From: Vulcanimicrobiaceae bacterium
GTDB lineage: Bacteria; Vulcanimicrobiota; Vulcanimicrobiia; Vulcanimicrobiales; Vulcanimicrobiaceae
DNA length: 30,528 bases
Direction: 5' to 3'
Assembly: GCA_050733855.1 (NCBI GenBank)
Contig: JBOHTX010000001.1
Span: forward strand, 1 to 30,528
Positions 1-6,725 of the stretch are shown here, piece after piece. The stretch's first letter is position 1. Each line of letters opens with the position of its first letter. The translations under genes and the position numbers were made by a program. The notes under the pieces are model-generated. The model did no database searches, was not told where the DNA came from, and saw only the letters and a program-made list of their open reading frames with translations.

Positions 1-34
1 GGATCGCCGCGTTCGCAGCCGAACGCGGCGCGGC

Positions 35-643
35 GTGCGGCGCCAAGCGCCACCAAGCGACCCGGACCGGGTAGCGCGCGAGCGCGGCAACGCGATGCTT
101 TTCCCGACGCGCGGCCTCAAGACGCCGCTCTGCAACGTACGCAGGTGGGCCGAGAGCGACATTCGAGCGCTGCCTGCGCTCGCGAACGATGCCCGTGTGG
201 CGGAGTACATGACGCTGCGCTTCCCGAGCCCGTATTCCGACGATGACGCCGCGGCGTGGGTCGCATTGCAGCGCGTGCGCGAGGAGCCGACGCATTTTGC
301 AATCGACGTTGAAGGCGTCCTCGCGGGAGGCATCAGCCTCGAGCCCGGCGCGGACATTCACCGAGGCAGTGCCGAGGTCGGCTATTGGCTGGGCTCTTCG
401 TTTTGGGGTCGTGGTGTCGCGACCGCGGCTCTGCGCGCGTTGACCGAGCACACGCTCGCGACCTCGTCGTTGCATCGGCTTTGGGCGGGCGTCATGAAGC
501 CGAACGCGCGGTCGGCGCGCGTGCTCGAGCGCGCCGGCTACCGGCGCGAGGCGGTCCTCGAGTCGGCGGCGACGACGCGGTCGGGGATCGTCGTGGACGA
601 AGTGGTGTACGCTCGCCTCAGGCCGGCCGCGCGTCCACCCTAA
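35..643 (+). CDS. GNAT family N-acetyltransferase (RimJ/RimL-like)
   Basis: Motifs AEVGYWLGSSFWGRGVATAA and N-ARSARVLERAGY are typical of RimJ/RimL GNATs. Start is GTG 35 or ATG 95. Confidence 0.85.
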   Translation: MRRQAPPSDPDRVARERGNAMLFPTRGLKTPLCNVRRWAESDIRALPALANDARVAEYMTLRFPSPYSDDDAAAWVALQRVREEPTHFAIDVEGVLAGGISLEPGADIHRGSAEVGYWLGSSFWGRGVATAALRALTEHTLATSSLHRLWAGVMKPNARSARVLERAGYRREAVLESAATTRSGIVVDEVVYARLRPAARPP

Positions 644-736
644 TGTCTGTATGCGCCATTTCAAGAGGTCGCGCACGACGACGGCCGCGTTGTGCTCTGT
701 GTCCCTTGCGGCGTAGATGAGCGCGATCGCGCGACG

Positions 737-790
737 CCTGCGCGCGATCGAGCGGGCCGCATGCACGGCTTCCAATTGTGGGCGAACCTT
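737..790 (+). pseudogene. Pirin-family gene remnant (about 18 codons)
   Basis: Reads PARDRAGRMHGFQLWANL, matching the pirin motif G-R-(M/L)-H-G-F-Q-L-W-x-N-L-P. It stops abruptly before the expected Pro, and I see no other pirin sequence nearby. Confidence 0.6.
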
Positions 791-1068
791 GAGCGATCGG
801 CAAACGGTCGAAGGGGTCTTTGTGGAGAGCGGGGACGCGCTCGGTGGTCGGCGCCGCCGCTTCGTCGAGCGGGAGCGGGAGGATGCTGCGGCGTTCGCGC
901 TCTGCGCGAACGTAGGTCGCCGCGTTTTGACGACGATCTCGTAGGCGGCGATCGTACTCAGGTAGATTTCATTTGAAGGGTCTTCGATGAGTCGCGCGGC
1001 GCGCACGCTGAGCCGCCGCGGCTCGTGGCACATCCATAGGAACGTCGCCGTGTCGAGCAAGCCCTCAC
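788..1068 (-). pseudogene. vapC: Broken PIN-domain (VapC-type) toxin
   Basis: Minus strand: LLDTATFLWMCHEPRRLSVRAARLIEDPSNEIYLSTIAAYEIVVK from 1060 in one frame, then SILPLPLDE...LHKDPFDRLPIAQ (HKDPFDR at 804-824) in another frame. The coupled GTG (1066-1068, overlapping the antitoxin TGA) is in a third frame. The C-terminus is missing. Confidence 0.85.
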
Positions 1069-1310
1069 GGTTCGCTGCCTTCCCAGAGCGCGATGAGATC
1101 GTCCGGCAGCGGTTCGAAAAACGAGGCCGGAATTTCGTAGCCCGCGAGCGCCGTTCCAAGCGGCCGTTTCGTCTTGCGCGGCGCGACGATCGCGCGCAAT
1201 TCTGCCACCGGGACGTTGCGCTCGCAGATCGTTACCGTCTCGCCCTTGCGCACGCTCCGCAAGAGGCGCGAGAGCTGCGCCTTGGCCTCGGCGATATTGA
1301 CCTGTATCAT
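1065..1310 (-). CDS. Phd/YefM family antitoxin
   Basis: MIQVNIAEAKAQLSRLLRSVRKGETVTICERNVPVAEL is a classic Phd N-terminus. It lies directly upstream of the PIN remnant. ATG 1310 is preferred (alternative 1316). Confidence 0.9.
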   Translation of the reverse strand: MIQVNIAEAKAQLSRLLRSVRKGETVTICERNVPVAELRAIVAPRKTKRPLGTALAGYEIPASFFEPLPDDLIALWEGSEP

Positions 1311-1316
1311 GACCAT

Positions 1317-1325
1317 ATAGTAGCA
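1317..1325 (-). promoter_or_regulatory. Extended -10 element (TGcTACTAT), probably giving a leaderless phd mRNA
   Basis: Minus strand TG-c-TACTAT followed by 6 nt and then ATG 1310; no Shine-Dalgarno sequence. Confidence 0.5.
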
Positions 1326-1405
1326 CATACAAGAGACCGCAAAAGCGGTGGCCCGGAAGGCGAGAGGCGCGGGCTTCCGGGGAGCCGAGTCGAAGGTCGC
1401 TTGGG

Positions 1406-3625
1406 ATGTCGGAGCACGAAGCGCTTCGCGCTCTTGCCGATGCGCACGATCTCGGGGCGATGCGGCTTGCGCTGCGCGAACTCGTGCGCCTTGGGTATCG
1501 CTGGGCAGCGCTCGGCGGCAAAGAGGGAAACTACGGCCTGGTCAACATCGGGTCCGACCCCGGAATTGCCTTCGTCGAGCGGATCACGAACGCCATCGAC
1601 GCGGTGATCGAAGAGGCCGCCGCGCATACCGACCCGGCACTGGTTGCGAACCTCGAATCGCCGCGCGAAGCGGCCCGCGCGCTGTTCGCGATCCCCGAGG
1701 GCCGGCTCGACCTCGCGCTCGTCGCCACCGATGCGCTCGCCTCGCACATCGTGGTCTCGCTCGAGGAAGGACCGACCGCCAAGCGACCGATGCTCGAAGT
1801 CCGCGACGACGGTTGCGGGATCGCGCCCGCCGATATGCCCTCGACGATTCTCAATCTGGCCGGCAGCAACAAGCTGGCGAAGCCGTATTTGGCCGGCGCC
1901 TACGGGCAAGGTGGCTCGACGACCTTTGCGTTCTCGCCCGGCGGCACGATCATCGCCTCGGCGACCGACGTGTCGGATCTCGGCGTGACCGTCGTGCAGT
2001 ATCGAGACCTCGACCCGCGTCGCAATAAGAACGGACGCTACGATTACCTGGTGCGAGCCGATGGCGACATCGGGCGGCTGCCGCGCGATCTGCAGGTGCG
2101 CCGCGGCACGGTCGTGCGGCATCTTGCCTACGAGCTGACCGGCTACGATGGCCCGATCGACGCGCCGCGCGGCGGGCTCGCGGCGCTGGCGCGGGTCGCG
2201 CTCTTCGATCCGATCTTGCCGTTCGAGATGGTCGAGCGGCGCGGGCTCTTCGAGCAGCGGGTGCGCTTCGCGGGGCATTTTGCCGAGCTGCAGTCCGCCG
2301 GCGACGAGCGGATCGAATACCGCGGCGCGTGCGCGCTGCCGTTCGGTCCGCACGGTCGCGACGGCCTGGTCGAAATTCGCTGCTGGGTCCTCGCCGACGA
2401 CGACGCAACGCTCAATTCCGACCCCGCACACCCGGTCTACGTCACGAACTTTGGGCAGACGCACGGCCTCGAGGATCGCCGCTTCATCGTCGAGCGGCTC
2501 GAGCTGCCGTACCTGCGCAACGCGCTGGTCGTGCAGATCGAACTCGACGGCGTGGGCGCCGCGGCCAAGCGCGCCCTCCTCTCGACGACCCGCGACCGTC
2601 TCAAGCGCGGCGCGCGCACCCGCGATCTCTTCGAGGCGGTCGTCGAGGCGCTTCGCGAGGACGAGCAGCTGCGCACCTGCAACGCGCAGCGGCGTCAACG
2701 CCTGCTCTCCGCGCGGACCGCGACCGATCAGAAGCGGCTGCGCCATCGCTTCGCGACGCTGCTCGAGAAATTCCACCCCGGCACGGAACCGGCGGCGGTC
2801 CGCGGGCGCGGCGCCGGTAACGCGGCCGCAGCGGCCGCGGTCGGCGGCGAAAGCGACGGCGCCGCTTCCTCCGAGCCGCTTCCGACACTCGCCCATCCCA
2901 CCTTCGTGCGGATCGTGACCGCAAACGGAGCGCTCGTGCTGCCGCGCGGGCGGCTCGCGCGGGTTACGCTCGAATCCGATGCGCCCGACGGCTACCTCAC
3001 GCGCTACGCCGAGGCACGCCTGGTGGTCGTCGCGGCCCCGTTCGAAGCGGCCGAGTTCGTGCGTGCGAGCGACCTGCGCGGCGGCCGTTTGCGCGCGATG
3101 GTGCGTGCCGTCGGGGACGTTGGAACGCAGGGGACGCTCACCGCACGGCTCACCGATGCCGAGGGGCGCGTCCACGACGACTCGGCGCCGTTCTCGGTCG
3201 TCGCTCCGCCGCCGCCCGAACCGGCTGCCCCCAACGGTGCCGCCCGCGTGCGCGTGCCCGAAATTTACGAAGTCTATCGTGCCGAGTGGGCGCAACACCG
3301 CTTCGACGAGCGCAGCGTCGCAAGCGTCGCCGAGTCTCCCGAGGAGTTCACGATTTGGGTGAACATGGACAACCTGCACTTGCAGCGTTTGCTTGACGGC
3401 GTTCCGTATCAAGAGCAGGGGATCGCGCGCATGAAGACCGCCTTCCTCGTGCAAAGCGCGTTCTACGCGTTCTTGTTGCACGAAGCGCGCGAGCACAGTG
3501 ACGGTCTCGATCCCGAAGCGCTCGAACGCTACCAAGCCGCCGAACTCGACCGCCTCGCCCAAACCGTCATCTCGTCGATCGCCTCCGTCGAACGCCTCGA
3601 CACCGCGCTCTTCGAGTCGAATTGA
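1406..3625 (+). CDS. GHKL (HATPase_c; MORC/TopoVIB-like) ATPase domain protein with uncharacterised C-terminal half
   Basis: Bergerat-fold motifs in order: ERITNAIDA, VRDDGCGI, GAYGQGG, RRGTVV. A later STTRDRL may be the transducer (S5-like) motif. 739 aa. Confidence 0.75.
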   Translation: MSEHEALRALADAHDLGAMRLALRELVRLGYRWAALGGKEGNYGLVNIGSDPGIAFVERITNAIDAVIEEAAAHTDPALVANLESPREAARALFAIPEGRLDLALVATDALASHIVVSLEEGPTAKRPMLEVRDDGCGIAPADMPSTILNLAGSNKLAKPYLAGAYGQGGSTTFAFSPGGTIIASATDVSDLGVTVVQYRDLDPRRNKNGRYDYLVRADGDIGRLPRDLQVRRGTVVRHLAYELTGYDGPIDAPRGGLAALARVALFDPILPFEMVERRGLFEQRVRFAGHFAELQSAGDERIEYRGACALPFGPHGRDGLVEIRCWVLADDDATLNSDPAHPVYVTNFGQTHGLEDRRFIVERLELPYLRNALVVQIELDGVGAAAKRALLSTTRDRLKRGARTRDLFEAVVEALREDEQLRTCNAQRRQRLLSARTATDQKRLRHRFATLLEKFHPGTEPAAVRGRGAGNAAAAAAVGGESDGAASSEPLPTLAHPTFVRIVTANGALVLPRGRLARVTLESDAPDGYLTRYAEARLVVVAAPFEAAEFVRASDLRGGRLRAMVRAVGDVGTQGTLTARLTDAEGRVHDDSAPFSVVAPPPPEPAAPNGAARVRVPEIYEVYRAEWAQHRFDERSVASVAESPEEFTIWVNMDNLHLQRLLDGVPYQEQGIARMKTAFLVQSAFYAFLLHEAREHSDGLDPEALERYQAAELDRLAQTVISSIASVERLDTALFESN

Positions 3626-3694
3626 GATGAACCAAGCGCCTCAGGACACGCGCGGCGTTCCAAGTAAAGTCGGGAAGCGTTGGTCGCTCCGTGC

Positions 3695-3978
3695 GTGCGA
3701 TTTGCGGATCGCGCGACGCGAGAACTCTTTGACGGCGTCCCTTCCAGGGCGGCTCGTATGGTGCTCGCGGTCGCGCTCCGAGCGAGGGCCGTCGACAAGC
3801 TGACCTTGCTGGACGCGGCGGTGAGCTTGGAGCAGCTTCGCGTTCCGCCCGGTAACCGGCGCGAAGCGCTTTACGGTGATCGCGCCGGGCAACACTCGGT
3901 TCGAAGCAACGATCGGTACCGCATCTGTTTCGCTGGACGGAAGCAGGAGCGATCGACGTCGAGATCGTCGATTATCAC
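3695..3978 (+). pseudogene. higB: HigB (RelE/ParE superfamily) toxin, frameshifted
   Basis: LDAAVSLEQLRVPPGNRREALYGDRAGQHSVRSNDRYRICF in one frame. The canonical end RWTEAGAIDVEIVDYH is in another frame from 3931 (one base missing at tgtttcgc). Confidence 0.85.
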
Positions 3979-3990
3979 GACGAGGAGACA

Positions 3991-4314
3991 ATGATGAATC
4001 GCCCCCTCGCGACCCCGAGCAAGCGGCGGCCGACTCCTCCCGGCGAGATCTTGCTCCGGGAGTTCCTGGAGCCGCTCGGGATCACACAGTCGGCGTTCGC
4101 CAAACACATCGGCATCACGAACGCGCGCCTGTCGGAAATCCTTCATGGGAAGCGCCCGGTGACGATGGACTCCGCGCTTCGCTTCGAGCGGGCGCTCGGG
4201 TTTAGCGCCGAGTCATGGATGCGGATGCAGATAGCGGTCGATCTCTACGATGCTCTGCGCAACCGCGTCGGGAGTTCCGTCAAGCGGATCAAACCTCTCG
4301 GGCGGGCCTCATAG
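3991..4314 (+). CDS. higA: HigA family (Xre-HTH) antitoxin
   Basis: PTPPGEILLREFLEPLGITQSAFAKHIG...LSEILHGKRPVT...SAESWMRMQ..DL; SD GAGGAG at 3982-3987. Confidence 0.92.
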   Translation: MMNRPLATPSKRRPTPPGEILLREFLEPLGITQSAFAKHIGITNARLSEILHGKRPVTMDSALRFERALGFSAESWMRMQIAVDLYDALRNRVGSSVKRIKPLGRAS

Positions 4315-4590
4315 GGTGAGGGACTGGTGGCTCTCTACGAAGGCGACGCGGTTCCGGTATTACGGAGCGGCGGTGTGGCGCTCACCTCGACGCGTTTTCC
4401 CGGCGACCGCTGAAATTGCAGCCGAACGTTTTGCGCTAGCATGCGGGCAGGTCGCCGGCGGCGACTGCGGGTTCGGAGCCACCGTCGGACGGCGCGCGCA
4501 CGGGCGCGCTGGACCGGCTGCGGCGTCGCCACAGGGCGGAACTCGCTCGGGGTCAAAGCCGAGCGGCCTCCACGGCAGAGCGAGGGCGGT

Positions 4591-5673
4591 ATGACCACAT
4601 CGAATTCAACCGAATCGTCGCGCGCGGGCTCGGGACGCTTGCTCGCAGGCACGGCCGTCTTTTTGATAACGCTGATCGCCGGCTTGCTCTACGTGAAGTG
4701 GCTGCCGTACTACGCCAAGAGTTTCAAGGCGTTGGCGAAGCATACGCTCGGCGCTTCGATCATCGTCGGTCCGGACGGGGTTGCGCACGCGACGGGTTGG
4801 GCGGCGGCCTGGGGCTACGCGCTCGCCTACTACAACGCGATTTGGGAAGCGCTGCTGCTGGCCCTCATTCTCGGGGCCACCGTGCAAGTGCTCGTGCCGC
4901 GGCGTTGGATCCATCGGCTGCTCGGGCGCTCGGATTTCCGTTCGATCGCGCTCGCGGGCACGCTCTCGCTCGGGGGGATGATGTGAACCTGCTGCAGCGG
5001 CCCACTGGTGGTGGGCCTTCGCAAGGGGCAGGCCTCGGTCGGTGCGGCGCTCGCGCTGCTGCTCGGTAATCCAACCCTCAATCCGGCGGTCCTGATCTTC
5101 ATCGTAGCCGTCTTCGGTTGGAAGTTCATGCTCGTCCGTTTGCTCGCGGGCGGAATCTTGGTCTTCGGTGCGGCCACCCTCGCCAACCGCCTGATGCGCG
5201 GCTCGGTCGCAATCGACGTGCTCGATGCGCCGATCGAAGATCCTGGGCGCAGCGGCGCGGAACTGCTGCGCGAGTGGCTTGCGATCCTGTGGTGGGAACT
5301 CTACACGATCGTCCCGGGCTACATCGTGATCGTGCTGCTGCTCGGCGCGCTGCGCGCCTGGTTCTTCCACCCCGGCTTGACGTTCGGCAGCGCCGGAATC
5401 CTGACGTTGATCGGGCTTGCGATCGTGGGCACGCTCTTCGTGATCCCGACGGCCGGCGAGATTCCGATCGTGCAGACGCTGCTCGGCTTGGGACTCGGCG
5501 CGGGCGCGGGTGCGGTGCTGCTCGTGACCTTGCCCGCGATCAGCCTGCCGACGCTCTTCATCGTGCGCAGCGTCTTTCCGCGGCGGGTGCTCGTTGCCGC
5601 GCTTGGCGTCGTGGCGGTCGCGGGTCTCGTTGCGGGAATCGTCGTCAGCGCAATTCCGGGGTTCCGAAGTTAA
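4591..5673 (+). CDS. yraQ: YraQ/DUF318 (ArsP-like) permease, predicted selenoprotein (TGA 4984-4986 = Sec132)
   Basis: Track ORFs 4441-4986 and 5008-5673 are one frame split by a single TGA. Read through, the protein follows E. coli YraQ as I recall it end to end (YVKWxPYY, GMM[C/U]TCC, GNPxLNPA, FVIPTAxEIPIVQT, TLPAxSLP), with TGA at the first Cys. 360 aa. A hairpin follows the TGA. Confidence 0.85.
4988..5032 (+). promoter_or_regulatory. Candidate bacterial SECIS element of the permease
   Basis: GGCCCAC (4999-5005) pairs perfectly with GTGGGCC (5011-5017) around a TGGTG loop starting 19 nt after the UGA. The lower stem is CCTGC (4988-4992) with GCAGG (5028-5032). Confidence 0.65.
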
Positions 5674-6706
5674 CGACGAGGCCCGGTTCGGCGACGATCT
5701 CGCCAATCCGCGCGACGCAAGCGACGTTGGCGGCGCGCGCCGCTGCTGCGAAAGGCGCGGCGTCGCGCGCGGCGACGGCGACCAGCATCCCGCCCGAGGT
5801 TTGGGCGTCGCACAGCACGAGCGCGAGGTCCTCCTCCACGTCCACGAAGCGGACGCCGGCAGCGCGCGCGTTTCGCAGGTTGCTGCGGGTGCCGCCGGGA
5901 GCGGTCCCGGCGCGTGCGAGTTCGAGCGCGCGCGGCAAGAGCGGGACCGCGCCGGCGTCGAGTTGCGCGCCGGGGCCGGAAGCGCCGAGCATCTCGTGCA
6001 GGTGACCGAGCAGCCCGAAGCCCGTCACGTCGGTCGCCGCGTGCGTTTCGACGCCGGCCATCGCCTGCGCCGCGCCCGAGTTGAGCGCGAGCATGCTCGC
6101 GATCGCCGGCGCGAGCGCCTCATCGTCGATCTCGTCGCTGCGGCGCGCAGTCGTCAGGATGCCCGTTCCGAGCGGCTTCGTGAGAAAAAGGATATCGCCG
6201 GCGCGCGCACCGACGTTGCGCACGATTCGGTCGGGATGGATCACGCCGGTTACCGAGAGACCGTATTTCGGCTCGGCGTCCTTGACCGTGTGGCCGCCGA
6301 TCACGCTGACGCCCGCTTCGCGTGCCTTGTCCGCGCCGCCGCGCAAAATCGCGCCGAGGATGCCGGGATCGAGGTCGGGCGGAAAGGCTGCGATCGCGAG
6401 CGCGACCAGCGGCCGCGCGCCCATCGCGTAGACGTCCGAGAGGGCGTTGGCGGCGGCGATCGCGCCAAACGTGTACGGATCGTCGACGATCGGCGTGAAG
6501 AAGTCGACCGTCTGCACGAGCGCCAGCTCGCCCGAGAGGCGGTAGACGCCTGCGTCGTCGGCGGTCGAGGTGCCGACCAGGACGTTGGGATCGTCGAGCG
6601 GCGGGAGATCGCGCAGGACCTGCGCGAGGACCCCTTGGTCCATCTTGGACGCTCAACCCGCGCAGGCCGAGAGGTGGGTCAGGCGCAGGATGTCGGCTTT
6701 CGTCAT
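5645..6706 (-). CDS. selD: Selenophosphate synthetase SelD (SenC role), selenoprotein form (TGA 6653-6655 = Sec18)
   Basis: Extending the track ORF upstream through the TGA gives MTKADILRLTHLSACAG-U-ASKMDQ from ATG 6706, aligning with SelD RLT..S.GAG-C-xxK. Downstream motifs: DDAGVY, QTVDFFTPIVDDP, ANALSDVYAMG, GGHT, LTKPLGTG, TDVTGFGLLGH, DAQTSGG. 353 aa. Confidence 0.95.
6609..6627 (-). promoter_or_regulatory. Candidate bacterial SECIS element of selD
   Basis: mRNA UCGCGCAG-GUC-CUGCGCGA is a perfect 8-bp stem with its apex about 33 nt after the UGA. The apical GCAGGUC-CUGC resembles the E. coli fdhF SECIS apex (GCAGGUCUGC). Confidence 0.7.
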
Positions 6707-6725
6707 CGCTTCCCGTTGCGCGCGT

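Noticed and set aside
1307..3562. Long antisense ORFs (also 16398-19136, 19299-21461, 20386-22035, 22286-23737 and others)
   Set aside because: Shadow frames of well-supported genes in high-GC DNA, with Arg/Ala-rich translations and no recognisable motifs.
4494..4575. c-di-GMP-I (CACAGGGC...CAAAGCC) or guanidine-II (ACGG loop) riboswitch resemblance
   Set aside because: The GNRA-capped stem and receptor of c-di-GMP-I are absent. Only one ACGR hairpin is present, with the wrong closing pair for guanidine-II.
4315..4590. tRNA-Sec (selC) near the selenium genes
   Set aside because: I found no UCA-anticodon cloverleaf or T-arm here or in the other intergenic gaps; the ttcaaa/tttgaa hits I noticed lie inside coding or pseudogene sequence.
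4441..5673. Two separate permease ORFs or a nonsense pseudogene, as the ORF track implies
   Set aside because: The single TGA is in frame, sits on a conserved Cys, is followed by a SECIS-like stem and neighbours a Sec-type selD. Recoding explains it better, though a nonsense mutation is not formally excluded.
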